Positions 1 through 9,996 of a stretch of DNA of 64,000 nucleotides are shown in pieces. The DNA lies in assembly GCA_965203095.1 (NCBI GenBank), contig OZ241877.1:896001-960000 (forward strand), read 5' to 3'. Position 1 is the stretch's first letter. The number at the start of each line of letters is the position of its first letter. This DNA is from Bdellovibrionales bacterium (GTDB lineage Bacteria > Bdellovibrionota > Bdellovibrionia > Bdellovibrionales > UBA1609). Under the pieces are notes generated by a model. The model saw only the letters and a program-made list of their open reading frames with translations, did no database searches and was not told where the DNA came from. Position numbers and translations under genes: made by a program.

Positions 1-2
1 AA

Positions 3-122
3 CAACATGAAAGTTGCATGGGTGATACTAATAAAGATAGACAGATTGATGAAGTGGATGACTTAGGGGAAGATTGGACAGATGTTGGTGCAAATAAAGG
101 AATTTGTGGAGGATTGCTTTAG
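3..122 (+). CDS. 3' end of a gene truncated by the window edge (unknown product)
   Basis: Open frame from position 3 (QHESCMGDTNKDRQIDEVDDLGEDWTDVGANKGICGGLL) ending at TAG 120-122, followed by a terminator hairpin. Confidence 0.5.
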   Translation, partial: QHESCMGDTNKDRQIDEVDDLGEDWTDVGANKGICGGLL

Positions 123-164
123 TAGTTTTCATAAACAGATTTCAATCACAAAAAAACTATGATG

Positions 165-190
165 AAGAACCGCTAAAAGCGGTTCTTTTT
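165..190 (+). terminator. Rho-independent terminator
   Basis: Perfect 10-bp stem AAGAACCGCT-aaa-AGCGGTTCTT running into a T tract. Confidence 0.75.
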
Positions 191-599
191 GCATTTTCTA
201 CTCCCCTCTATACCCCCTCTTTTCTCCCTATAGAGCAAAAATCTAAAGAAAGCCCAGGAGGCTTTCTGGGTGCGGGGGTTTGGGCAAAAAACAAGCCCAT
301 TTACGAAATAGCAAACATATACACAAAAAAGCTTATATAACTCATAAAAAAAACTTAATTCACTTTTTGTTAAAAAATGACCTGAATTTTGTAAGGTTTT
401 TTCAGTTTGTTCAAGCCGAATTAAAAAATCTCAGTTCCATATCCAACTCATTATGGGGGAGGAAAACAGCATTTCCCTTTGTCTTTTTTAGCTTAATAGG
501 CCCATTAGTGGCGAATGAGTAGCAAATAGAAGTTGAATTTAAATCAAAAAATTATAAGCTAAATGACTCATTTAATTTAACAAATCATTAAAGTTTGTT

Positions 600-639
600 T
601 TGACAAATTCCCCTGCTAAAAGTAAAAGAGAGGGAATTT
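600..639 (+). promoter_or_regulatory. Putative sigma70 promoter of the gliding operon, overlapped by an inverted repeat
   Basis: TTGACA (600-605), 17-nt spacer, weak -10 TAAAAG (623-628); AAATTCCC (605-612) / GGGAATTT (632-639) inverted repeat. Confidence 0.35.
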
Positions 640-839
640 TTTGCATAGTGGATTGATTTTTTAGTAATATTTATTTTAAACTTAAATGGAAAGGAGGAAT
701 GTCTCAGCTATATTGCAAAGCGTCAAAGGCGACAGGGTTAAGGCAGGGCTAAAAGTTCCCGCTTAAACCTGAAACCGCTTTAAAAAGTTTAAAATGCTGG
801 CTTTGCTTGTTTTAAGAATGCTTGAGAGGGGGATCCATC

Positions 840-1517
840 ATGGCTGAACAAATCATTTTGGCCTTTCAAAAAGGTGGCCTTTGGATGTGGGCTATCTTGT
901 TTTTTCAAGTGCTTTCTTTAGTCATTATAGTGGAACGAGTTTGGTTTCTCTTTTTAAAAAGAAAGTTAGGGCATAAAGCTTACTCTGATACATTTTCCCA
1001 ACAAATTATTCGAGGGGAATTGCCTGCGGTCATTCAAAAAGCTAAGGAGGATATTCAAAAACAGCCATTAGCTTTAGCTATTCAATCGGCCACTCAAACG
1101 GCTTTAGACTGTGGCGGACGGGAGGAAATCCAAGGAAAAATGGAAGAAGCCCTTATGGAGGAGCACAGTGCCTTAGAGCAGAGAACTCATTTTCTCGTCA
1201 TGTTAGGCAATGTGGGCACTTTAACTGGGCTATTAGGAACAATTATGGGAATGATCAAAGCCTTTTCAGCTGTCACTTATGCCAACCCGGCGGAGAAGGC
1301 GAGCCTTCTTTCTTCCGGAGTTTCAGAAGCCATGAACACCACAGCTTATGGCCTGATTATGGCTATCCCTGCCCTGTTTATGTTTGCTGTTTTACAAAAC
1401 AGAGCCAATGCCATTCAAGAAGACATGGCGGAAGGAGCTATAAAATTATTTAATTTATTGAGCTATAACTACCAAACTCTGTGGGAGAAAAAATTAAAGG
1501 TGGCCAAGTCATCTTAA
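840..1517 (+). CDS. MotA/TolQ/ExbB proton channel protein (AglR-like)
   Basis: Three TM segments; motifs LGNVGTLTGLLGTIMGMIKAF and GVSEAMNTTAYGL; ATG at 840 follows a GAGAGGGGG RBS (the ORF track starts at TTG 822). Confidence 0.92.
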   Translation: MAEQIILAFQKGGLWMWAILFFQVLSLVIIVERVWFLFLKRKLGHKAYSDTFSQQIIRGELPAVIQKAKEDIQKQPLALAIQSATQTALDCGGREEIQGKMEEALMEEHSALEQRTHFLVMLGNVGTLTGLLGTIMGMIKAFSAVTYANPAEKASLLSSGVSEAMNTTAYGLIMAIPALFMFAVLQNRANAIQEDMAEGAIKLFNLLSYNYQTLWEKKLKVAKSS

Positions 1518-1543
1518 AAAATAAATTTAAATAAGGAGCAATT

Positions 1544-1993
1544 ATGCCCCGCAACTTTAAAAATTTTGACTATCAATTAGATCTCACCCCTTTTATTTCT
1601 CTTTTATCTGTCTGTATATGTTTTTTACTGCTCACTGTGGCTTGGTTTCAAATCGGTTCTCTACCTGTCAAACAAGTCATGGGTGGAGTGGCCGGAGAGG
1701 ATATAAAAGAAGAAGCCTCTTTATGGATCCGCATACAAGGCACTAACAAAATGGAACTGAGTTTAAAAAAAGGCCAAGCCTCTCTTTCAAAAAATATCAC
1801 CCTTTCCGCCACTGAAGAGGGTTTTGACTTCAACTCTCTTAAAAAAAACATTCTGAACTTAAAAAAACAACAATCAAACTTAAACAAGGTTTTTATTTTC
1901 CCACAGGAACAAGCGGTATATGAGGATATTGTAAAAGTAATGGACAGTGCTCGGCAACTGGGCCTTTTTAACATAGGGCTTGCACCCATTTAA
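1544..1993 (+). CDS. ExbD/TolR family protein (AglQ-like)
   Basis: N-terminal LDLTPFISLLSVCICFLL TM segment; C-terminal YEDIVKVMDSAR motif; AAGGAG RBS. Confidence 0.88.
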   Translation: MPRNFKNFDYQLDLTPFISLLSVCICFLLLTVAWFQIGSLPVKQVMGGVAGEDIKEEASLWIRIQGTNKMELSLKKGQASLSKNITLSATEEGFDFNSLKKNILNLKKQQSNLNKVFIFPQEQAVYEDIVKVMDSARQLGLFNIGLAPI

Positions 1994-2018
1994 AAGGCTG
2001 GCACAAAAGGATGGTGAA

Positions 2019-2501
2019 ATGTTTTTTCAATCAAATTCTGTTTTTCAAAGTCGGATTTTCCAAAGTTCTCTTTCGCAAAAAGGGAAACCAGCTAAAAAGA
2101 AAAAGGTTTTAGCAACACTTATGCTGACTTCTCTAATTGATGCCTTTTCCATTTTAGTTGTTTATCTTTTAATGTTTTTTTCAGACACGGGGGAGATGGC
2201 CTATCTCAGTTCAGATATAGATCTGCCCAAAGCCAATGTTATTGAAAGGCTGGATCGCCGTTCTATTGTTCAAATAAAAAAAGATGGCTATTTTGTAGAA
2301 GATCGTAAGCTTTCTGCCGAAGAGCTTGTGCCTTACCTTATCCGTTTAAAAAAGAGGCTCAGCCGATCCTCAAGTGATGAAGGGGAGGCCATCACTGTTC
2401 AAGCCGATAAATCGGTCCGATACAAGCAGTTGAGCAAAGTGGTTCAAGCTTTAGGCCACGTCGGGTTTAGCCATATTCAATTTGCAGTTTTAAGTGAGTA
2501 A
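2019..2501 (+). CDS. ExbD/TolR family protein (AglS-like)
   Basis: LMLTSLIDAFSILVVYLL TM segment; C-terminal IQ/VQADK-type motif (ITVQADKSVRY); start taken at in-frame ATG 2019. Confidence 0.88.
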   Translation: MFFQSNSVFQSRIFQSSLSQKGKPAKKKKVLATLMLTSLIDAFSILVVYLLMFFSDTGEMAYLSSDIDLPKANVIERLDRRSIVQIKKDGYFVEDRKLSAEELVPYLIRLKKRLSRSSSDEGEAITVQADKSVRYKQLSKVVQALGHVGFSHIQFAVLSE

Positions 2502-2512
2502 AAGGGGTTAAT

Positions 2513-5500
2513 GTGTTTTTAATTTTTTTAGTTTTTTCCGTTTTTTCTGTTTTTTCTGTAAAGGCAGGGGCAGTGCCATTAGAGCAAAAGTCTACAAAAA
2601 TTATAGAAAAGCCTCTTTCAGCTAAAAGTTATCTCACAGCAAAATTAGATTTTTTGGTTCAATCTCTTCCAGAAAGCCATCCCTCCAGAAATCCTCTTTT
2701 ACTGAGGTTGGCTCATGTTTTATCTTTAAGGGCGGAAGAAAAATTCATAAAAGCCGACAAGGGGGATTGCCCCTCTTGCAGTCTGTCCGCCCGGAATATG
2801 GCCAATAAGGCTCTCTTGGCTTATAAAAAACTGGATCCTATTTTGCACTCTCACCATCCCCTTTTATATACCGAAGCCCTTTTTAAACAGGCTTACTTAC
2901 TTAGTTTTTTAAATGAGCCCCTTCGCTCTTTATCTGCTCTTAAAAAAATCTCTACTGGTTCTCGCCCGCTTTTAAAGGCCAGAGTGTGGTTTAACATGGG
3001 GGAAATTCATTTTGAAATGGATAATTATAAAGCCAGTCTTCAAGCTTTTGATAAAGTTTTAAAACAAGGGGAATCGCCTTGGAGCTTTAAAGCTACTTAT
3101 CAAAAAATTTGGTCCCTGTTTAACCTGTCTTTGTATGAGTTAGCTGTTAATGAATTAGAATTGTTTTTAAAATCTAAACTCTACTCCCAGCCTCGTTTAA
3201 CTAAAGCGGATAAAAATTTAAAACAAAAATTAGAAAGTGAGCTTGTCGCCCTTTATAGCTATGCGGAAGTGAGGGGGCCAAGGTTAAGTTTTCTTTATAA
3301 TTTTTCAAAACACTCAAAAGAAAGCAACAGTTTGACTGAAAAAAATCTTCGCCTGTTCCAACTGGCTAACAGTTTAAGCCAAATGGGCCGGAGGGCTGAA
3401 TCCAATATTGTTTATCAAGTTTATTTGTCAAAATCTTTAAGTTTAAAAGATCAAATGCAAGCTTATCTTGCCATGTTAGATAATGATTATCGTGGGCAAA
3501 AAGATAATTATTTAAAAACCGTTGGCCGGAAAGTGGAAAAGCTTTTCGTTTTGCGACAACAGATTAAAATCTCAAAAAAGTTTGACCTTCAACTAAAAAA
3601 TAGAGTCCAAAAAACTTTGCAGAGTTTTAACCGCTATTTATTGGGCTTTTCTGATTCTGAAAAATCTTATCTTCTCTCTTTATTTCAAAAATACAACTCC
3701 GTTTACCCTAATTCTGCGGACATGTTATTCCTCTCAGCTCATTTAGCAAAAGATTTAAAAAAATATGCTTTAGCTCAAAGTCTTTTTCAAGCCGTGGTTT
3801 TAAATGCCGATTCGTATGAGGCTAAAGACATTTCTAAAAAAGAGCTTAAAGAAAGCTTAAGCCTTTTACAAATGGAAATGGCAGAACAAACTCAAAACCT
3901 TAAAAAAAGAATAAATGCTTATGATTTTTATATCCAGAACGGTTCCCGCCGAGGGCGAATCTGGAAAGCTATGTATCAAAAAGCTTATATCAATTATGAG
4001 AGAAAAGAATACAAAAAATCAGCCTACTCTTTTATGGATTTGGTTTTATCTTCTAAAACTGGGCTGGCTGGTAAAGATATAAAAAAATTGCGTTTAAAAT
4101 CAGCTCACTTAGCCCTTTCTGCTTTAGATCATAGGGGGGGAGAGGAAGAGGAGTTGGCTCGCCTATCTGGTATTTTTATGAAGGAATTTCCTAAAAATCG
4201 TCCAGAGTTTGTGCGAATTTATCACTCCGCTTTGTTAAATACTGTTAAAAAGTTGGTTTCTAAAAAAGATTTTTCTCAACCCGTTTATAAAGCCTCTTCG
4301 GATAAAAATATTTTAAAAGCTTGGTCTGTTTTAGAGGATTTTTCTATTAAAGAGGCTAAAGGGGAAGAGGCATTGTCTTATTATTTTAATCGGCTGATTT
4401 TGGCTAAAGAGCTTTTAAAATTTAAACCAATGGATAAAAGTATTCAATTTCTTTTATCCAATAAAGCTTTATCTAAAGAAGATCGAAAAACAGTTTTGAA
4501 ATGGAAGCTCTGGCTTGCAGAGTTAAGGCTTGACTTTAAAGAGGCTTTAAAAATTGTTCAGGAAATAGAAACGACTAAACCCTCCGAAGAGCAAATTTTA
4601 CGGTTGTCTCGTCTGGCAGAGCTTTCCGGAGAATCTCCGGTCCCTTACTATTCCGCTTTTATTAAAAAATTTCCTAACTCCTCATCTCTTTTAGCTGTTT
4701 TAACCTCTCTTGTGGAAAAATCCCTTCACAAAAACAGAAAACAAGTTTTAATAAAACATGCACAATTTTTTAAAAATCAGCCAGAGACTTTAACCCACTT
4801 GGTTTTAAAAATTGATGAGGGCCAATTAGATAATCAATTTATGAAAGCTTTTACTTCTCTTAATTTTATGAAAAATTCTTCCTTAAACTTGTTTTTGAGG
4901 AGAAAGAACACTATAGAGCTTTTTGAAAGTCAATTAGCAAAGCTGGCTCAGTTATCCTTACCACCTCATCTTGAGGGAAGAAAACTCAACCGCAAACTTA
5001 AAAATTACACAAAACAAATTGAGTTATTAAAAAGTCATGCCAGCTCGGCTTTAAAAACAAAAGATTGGACAGTTAGGGTTTTTGTAATCTCTAAATGGAG
5101 GAATGAAATATCCCGGTTTTATAACTCCGTTATGAGTTTATCTCTTCCTCCGGGTTTAACTGAACAAGAACAAAACCAATATAAAGGGCTACTCAGTGAG
5201 AGAATGAAAATTTATAAAGTGCACATTGTTCAATTAGAGGAGGAATTAGAGGGATTGTGGTCGAGGGATTTTCTTAAAGATTATAAAAAAGCTTTCCAAC
5301 ATAAGGTTTTTCATGGGCCTTTAAAATGGGAAATAGAGAAAGTTTTGACAGTGCTTGACGGAGAACCGGCAAAGCAAGCACAAAGCCTACTTCATTATGT
5401 TAAAACTCCAGATCCAGAGCAAAAAACAGCTACAGCTTCTTCCCATTCCACTCAACATCTTTACAAAGCTCTTAAGGAAAACCCTTTTGATCGAAGTTCT

Positions 5501-5605
5501 CTTAATGAGCTACTTAAACTGGAAAAAGATAATGAGGTTTTATCCTATTACTTAGCCAATCGGATTAAAGAGTTAAAAAAACAAAACCGGTGGATTAAAT
5601 TATGA
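2513..5605 (+). CDS. Large periplasmic TPR protein (GltD/AgmU-like)
   Basis: Signal peptide, TPR-like helices (KARVWFNMGEIHF...), C-terminal LPPGLTEQEQNQY motif, position directly after the motor genes. Confidence 0.7.
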   Translation: MFLIFLVFSVFSVFSVKAGAVPLEQKSTKIIEKPLSAKSYLTAKLDFLVQSLPESHPSRNPLLLRLAHVLSLRAEEKFIKADKGDCPSCSLSARNMANKALLAYKKLDPILHSHHPLLYTEALFKQAYLLSFLNEPLRSLSALKKISTGSRPLLKARVWFNMGEIHFEMDNYKASLQAFDKVLKQGESPWSFKATYQKIWSLFNLSLYELAVNELELFLKSKLYSQPRLTKADKNLKQKLESELVALYSYAEVRGPRLSFLYNFSKHSKESNSLTEKNLRLFQLANSLSQMGRRAESNIVYQVYLSKSLSLKDQMQAYLAMLDNDYRGQKDNYLKTVGRKVEKLFVLRQQIKISKKFDLQLKNRVQKTLQSFNRYLLGFSDSEKSYLLSLFQKYNSVYPNSADMLFLSAHLAKDLKKYALAQSLFQAVVLNADSYEAKDISKKELKESLSLLQMEMAEQTQNLKKRINAYDFYIQNGSRRGRIWKAMYQKAYINYERKEYKKSAYSFMDLVLSSKTGLAGKDIKKLRLKSAHLALSALDHRGGEEEELARLSGIFMKEFPKNRPEFVRIYHSALLNTVKKLVSKKDFSQPVYKASSDKNILKAWSVLEDFSIKEAKGEEALSYYFNRLILAKELLKFKPMDKSIQFLLSNKALSKEDRKTVLKWKLWLAELRLDFKEALKIVQEIETTKPSEEQILRLSRLAELSGESPVPYYSAFIKKFPNSSSLLAVLTSLVEKSLHKNRKQVLIKHAQFFKNQPETLTHLVLKIDEGQLDNQFMKAFTSLNFMKNSSLNLFLRRKNTIELFESQLAKLAQLSLPPHLEGRKLNRKLKNYTKQIELLKSHASSALKTKDWTVRVFVISKWRNEISRFYNSVMSLSLPPGLTEQEQNQYKGLLSERMKIYKVHIVQLEEELEGLWSRDFLKDYKKAFQHKVFHGPLKWEIEKVLTVLDGEPAKQAQSLLHYVKTPDPEQKTATASSHSTQHLYKALKENPFDRSSLNELLKLEKDNEVLSYYLANRIKELKKQNRWIKL

Positions 5606-5871
5606 GGATAGTTCTGTTTCGTTTTTTGCTTGTGTGCTTTCTCACTTTCTTTTTGTGGGAGGGGCTTTCTACTGTAAAAGCTCAAAAGCCCGATCGCCTG
5701 TTAAAAAAAACCAACTCCTATTCTTTTCGCCCCCTTCTCATACAAGGGAAAAAGCAAGTAAATCAACAAACAGATATGAAAGTGGAATCAGGCAGTATTG
5801 TGGAAAGTCAGCTATTTTTTGTGGATATAGATTTTAAAAAAAGAATTTTTGAAAGTGAGTTTAAGGAATGA
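5602..5871 (+). CDS. Small secreted protein (GltF/CglF-like)
   Basis: 89 aa with signal peptide; KKT..Y.F....IQG ... DF...I..S pattern reminiscent of CglF; overlaps both neighbours (ATGA). Confidence 0.55.
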   Translation: MRIVLFRFLLVCFLTFFLWEGLSTVKAQKPDRLLKKTNSYSFRPLLIQGKKQVNQQTDMKVESGSIVESQLFFVDIDFKKRIFESEFKE

Positions 5872-7043
5872 GACATTTAGCTTTAAAAGATAAAATGGGC
5901 CGTTTGATTCGGACTTTCCTCTGTGAAACAGATACGGCCTGTTTAGTTTACCGTAAAAATAAAGGCCGATTAGATATATGCTCCTCTCCTCATTTTTTTG
6001 AGGAGGATTCTGTCATTCTTATTGACAAGTGGGATCTCAGTAAAATGTCAGGGGCACAGCCCTTGCCTTTTTTAGATGGTTTTGTGGAGCTTTGTGAAAA
6101 TGTTTTGGCTGAACCAGTAGCTCCCTCTTGCCAGAGGGCGGATCTTCATCATCGCCTTTGGTCTTCTTTTGCAATTGTGACGGCTGGATTTGCCATTTTT
6201 GCTGGAACTCTGTTGAGCTTAAACAGGCTTATTCCTTCGGAATCAGATAAAAAGCCAATCATTCCTCAAACTGTTCAAATTGTTAAAGCTCCTGCTGTAT
6301 TCTCTCCAATGGAAAAGGTTTTTATTGATAAAGCCTCTATGTCTCAAAAAAATCCTGTTCAAAAACAAAAAAAACCTGTTCAAAAATCTTTAAAAAGAAT
6401 GGGGGCTCTTTCTGCTTTAGGGAGTTTGTCTAAAAAAGACAGCTCTCAAAAAGGAGGTTTAAACTTAAACTCGAATAATAAAGTGTCTGCGGGGCCGGGT
6501 CTTCGATCTTTGGCTGGTGCCGGCAGTGGTGGGGTTCAAGATTCCCTTTACAATCAAGGGCTATTAGCTAACGCTTTAGGTTCTGGGGGGAACATTCGCG
6601 GGGGAGGGGGCCATGGCACAAAGGGAACTCGCCCTGGTGGAGGACAAGCAGGATACGGTGCTCTCACTTTTATAGGCTCAGGGGGAGCCAGTGAGTTATC
6701 TTCTGTATTAGGTGCCGTAGCTCCAGCTGGCTTTGATTATTCTATTATAGAGCGGGAGATAGTGAAAAAAAGTAAAGAGATCAAAAACTGTTATGATAGA
6801 GCATTAAAAACAGAACCGGGCTTAAAGGGTTTATTTAAAATCCATTTTGCTATAGGATCTAAAGGCCGGGTGGTTTTTTCTAAAACTCATCCCTCTTCAC
6901 CTGTTCGTTCTAAAAAAATAAGTTCATGCATTTTAAAAATTGTTAATCAAATTCAGTTCCCTGTTAAACTCAATCAAACTGTTAATGTGGTTTACCCTTT
7001 TAATTTGAGCACTTTAACTGCAAAAATGGGAGGCTTGCAATGA
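5868..7043 (+). CDS. AgmX/PglI C-terminal (TonB-C-like) domain protein (GltG-like)
   Basis: Single TM, Gly-rich linker, C-terminal IKNCYDRALKTEPGLKG...F.IG..GRV...CI...I..IQFP motif. Confidence 0.85.
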   Translation: MRHLALKDKMGRLIRTFLCETDTACLVYRKNKGRLDICSSPHFFEEDSVILIDKWDLSKMSGAQPLPFLDGFVELCENVLAEPVAPSCQRADLHHRLWSSFAIVTAGFAIFAGTLLSLNRLIPSESDKKPIIPQTVQIVKAPAVFSPMEKVFIDKASMSQKNPVQKQKKPVQKSLKRMGALSALGSLSKKDSSQKGGLNLNSNNKVSAGPGLRSLAGAGSGGVQDSLYNQGLLANALGSGGNIRGGGGHGTKGTRPGGGQAGYGALTFIGSGGASELSSVLGAVAPAGFDYSIIEREIVKKSKEIKNCYDRALKTEPGLKGLFKIHFAIGSKGRVVFSKTHPSSPVRSKKISSCILKIVNQIQFPVKLNQTVNVVYPFNLSTLTAKMGGLQ

Positions 7044-9988
7044 TCCGTTATTTGTTTTTAATTTTTATTTTAACTCTTCTGGCTTGTAATCCTGATCCAT
7101 TAGAGAGTTTTCTGCCTGAAATTAGAAACGGATCTTTACATATTGGTCGCCATTTTATGCCTCTTTTTGAAAACTCTCTATATGAAAAAATCGTCAAAGT
7201 GAATATTGATGGCCAAAGCACTTTAATAATGGAATGGGCTGAGGACAAAATAAAATCTTATAACATTCATGTCCGGCTCCTACATGGTCTGGAATCAAGA
7301 TATGATATGGAAATCAACAGTGAAGAGATCCCTATCATAATGGAAGGGGCCAGTTTCAACTTTAATTCAAAAACTGGGCGAGGGGTTTTAAAATGGAAAC
7401 CAAGTAAAACTTTTACAGGGCGAAAAGCTTACCGGCAAATATCTTTGACTTTACCATTGGAGTTTAGGGATCGTCGCTCTTTATCATCAGAACCTGATTT
7501 TGTTGTTAAAAGAAAGATCACTGTCATTGTTTATAAAAGTTTGGATCCTCCAGAGATTTATAAAATTGAAACCAGTTATGGTATTTATGAAAAGTTAGAT
7601 GATGGGAATTTTTATACAAGATATGGGGCTAAAAGCTTAGATTTAAGCTACTATGATCAAATATTTGTTGGCAGGAGGGAGAAAAAAGAGCTGTTTGATA
7701 ACATAAGATTTTATAGTGAGGGCACTTATGATTTTTTTCACTCATCTACAACCCCCCATAAGCAACCTACCAGCTGGGAAACTGCAGAAGAAAAACTTTT
7801 TGATTTGTTTGAGCTTTACGATAAATTTAAAAAACCTGTCCCTGATGATTTGATTAAGTTTATAAACCTGCCTTTTTATATAGTAGATAAAATCAGGCAG
7901 AACGATGAGGATTGTGATCGCTCACAAACTGTTCCTAAAAATCAAACAGAACATTGGTGTCTTGCTGAATTGAAAGAGGGAGAGAAATTAGATTTTGACA
8001 AAGATCTTTATGTAAAACATTATCAAATTCCTCAATCTATCTCATTTAAGAATTTATTTTATAAAATGCAATCTGTTTACTTATGTGAAGTGTATCATAT
8101 TATCAGCTCAGCCTATATTCTCAATTCAGCCTCTTGGAAGAAGCGAGATATGTGTTATCTTTCATTAGATGAAGTTAAAAAAATCAAAAACTTTCTCAAT
8201 GAAAAAGAGATTGTTTACCTCTGTAAAAGCTCCAACACTTGCGATCTTGTAGACACATCTCAATGGCAAGCAGATTTTTTTAAAATTCCAGAATCTATAA
8301 AATGGCAATTGGCTGGGCTAAAACCCCTTAACGATAATTCTATCCATATTCCTTTAATTAGAAATGAAGAAAGTGGCTATTCCGCCAAAAATCTTGTTCA
8401 AATTTATGTCCGAGATCACAACCAGTTTGGGAAAGCACCGTTTTTAATCCCTCATCAAAGGCCCGGGCATTTTCTTTTTTGGACAACTCCTATAGACATG
8501 GATATCAAGTGGAATGCAGGCATATTTGAGTCTTTAGAAGGAAATGCTTGGAAGTTAAACTATAGTATTAGATTAGATGAGACAGAGGAAAGCAAAAATC
8601 ATTTTCATCAGTTCCCGATTAGTTTTCAACCGGTTTCGCAAACGATACACGGTTCTCCTATTTCTTTACGGTTTAATATTCTCCAAAAAGCCATAGCACG
8701 ATATAGCGAGCTGTTTGATCCGGAAAAGGATATTCAATTTTCTTCAACTTATGATGGAAATAATTGGTTAAATAGCTCTTTTTCTGCTATTAGCCGGATA
8801 AAAACACAGTATATCTTTCCAGAGGATTTTTTATCTAATATTCGCCAATCCATTTTGTTTGACAGTATTCCCTTTTTTAAAATTGATAATAAGAAAAGCT
8901 TATTGGATCACCTTTACCTTCAACCACTGACTCTTCGATTTAAAAGTAATATCTATTTAGTTCATGACACGATAGAAAATGAAACACTACATCCCTCCTC
9001 CAGCGAATCCCCCTCAAATAACACAACAATAAATGAAACAATACATTATGGTCAATTCTCCAGTGAACCCCATTCAAATAACACAAACACACTCTCTCCA
9101 CTAATCACAGTTCAAAGAGGAGTTTATAAAAAAAGACATTGTGATTGTTCCGATTGGGAAGAATTTAAAAAAGATAATCAAATTTATATAGAGGGAACAT
9201 GCTTTTGCGAAGTGAATCTGCAATTGGATTCAGACTCTACTATTTTAAAAAGATCTAATGACTCTACCATCTCTTTTTACTTGTCTTATGATTACTTTCT
9301 TGAGGGCAATAAAAATGTATTTTTAAATAATAATTTTTATAAAAATACTAATCAAAGCGATATTCCCATAAGTTTGTATAAGGAACCTTTTGTTCCAAAA
9401 TACAATCCTCCATCAAAATTAGATTTTTCATCCATAGCTCAAAATAGGTTTCATATATTTTTTAATTTACAGCCCACTTTAAAATGTAGTTCTTTGGCCA
9501 ACTCTTCAGATCGTGTTTGTGAAATAAATTATCTTTTAGATCAACGGCCCCAGCAAAGCACAATCAATCAACTGAACAAAGAGCAGTCGCTTTTTTCAGA
9601 AGAAGGGGTGCGGGCTGTTTTGTTTTGTGATGAAGGTTTAGCTGTGGGATCTGGCTCAAAGGCAGGTAATAATTGCCCCTGTTCTTCCTCTCTAATTTTT
9701 AATAAAACCGGGCTACAAATGCAGTGTGTGTTTAAGAAAAATCAAACAGGTTCCCTCTCCATCCATTTAGAGACAGATAACCCTTATATTTATTTTATAA
9801 ATATAGATAAAAAACATAATGAATCTGCCTATCAATCTTGTTTAAATTCCTCCTTCCCTCACCCTGGCGATTGCCGCCGGTTGGCACAACAAAAAAAGGG
9901 GGAGGGGCAAGTTCAAGAATTTTTAAGCTATGGTGATATTGATAAATCTCACAAGCACACTCCAATAAAAACCTTTAAAGTGCCTTAG
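7040..9988 (+). CDS. Large Cys-rich lipoprotein with an N-terminal Ig-like segment
   Basis: Lipobox LLAC; EGASFNFNSKTGRGVLKWKP resembles putative-Ig (He_PIG) motifs; many Cys pairs. Confidence 0.7.
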   Translation: MIRYLFLIFILTLLACNPDPLESFLPEIRNGSLHIGRHFMPLFENSLYEKIVKVNIDGQSTLIMEWAEDKIKSYNIHVRLLHGLESRYDMEINSEEIPIIMEGASFNFNSKTGRGVLKWKPSKTFTGRKAYRQISLTLPLEFRDRRSLSSEPDFVVKRKITVIVYKSLDPPEIYKIETSYGIYEKLDDGNFYTRYGAKSLDLSYYDQIFVGRREKKELFDNIRFYSEGTYDFFHSSTTPHKQPTSWETAEEKLFDLFELYDKFKKPVPDDLIKFINLPFYIVDKIRQNDEDCDRSQTVPKNQTEHWCLAELKEGEKLDFDKDLYVKHYQIPQSISFKNLFYKMQSVYLCEVYHIISSAYILNSASWKKRDMCYLSLDEVKKIKNFLNEKEIVYLCKSSNTCDLVDTSQWQADFFKIPESIKWQLAGLKPLNDNSIHIPLIRNEESGYSAKNLVQIYVRDHNQFGKAPFLIPHQRPGHFLFWTTPIDMDIKWNAGIFESLEGNAWKLNYSIRLDETEESKNHFHQFPISFQPVSQTIHGSPISLRFNILQKAIARYSELFDPEKDIQFSSTYDGNNWLNSSFSAISRIKTQYIFPEDFLSNIRQSILFDSIPFFKIDNKKSLLDHLYLQPLTLRFKSNIYLVHDTIENETLHPSSSESPSNNTTINETIHYGQFSSEPHSNNTNTLSPLITVQRGVYKKRHCDCSDWEEFKKDNQIYIEGTCFCEVNLQLDSDSTILKRSNDSTISFYLSYDYFLEGNKNVFLNNNFYKNTNQSDIPISLYKEPFVPKYNPPSKLDFSSIAQNRFHIFFNLQPTLKCSSLANSSDRVCEINYLLDQRPQQSTINQLNKEQSLFSEEGVRAVLFCDEGLAVGSGSKAGNNCPCSSSLIFNKTGLQMQCVFKKNQTGSLSIHLETDNPYIYFINIDKKHNESAYQSCLNSSFPHPGDCRRLAQQKKGEGQVQEFLSYGDIDKSHKHTPIKTFKVP
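8977..9087 (+). repeat. Imperfect in-frame tandem duplication (~54-57 bp unit)
   Basis: AAATGAAACA...CTCCAG(C/T)GAA(T/C)CCC..TCAAATAACACAA occurs twice; encodes NETLHPSSSESPSNNTT / NETIHYGQFSSEPHSNNTN. Confidence 0.75.
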
Positions 9989-9996
9989 GAGCAGTT

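Noticed and set aside
104..522. Two short ORFs (78 and 80 aa)
   Set aside because: The first spans a terminator and both lie in AT-rich intergenic DNA; no RBS or recognisable motifs
700..790. c-di-GMP-I or cobalamin riboswitch upstream of the TolQ/ExbB gene
   Set aside because: Lacks the GNRA-capped P2 with GACGCAAA and the B12-box motifs; kept only as an unclassified structured leader
840..2501. Ordinary Tol-Pal or TonB-ExbBD uptake system
   Set aside because: No tolA/tolB/pal or TonB-dependent receptor; downstream genes match the Glt-type set
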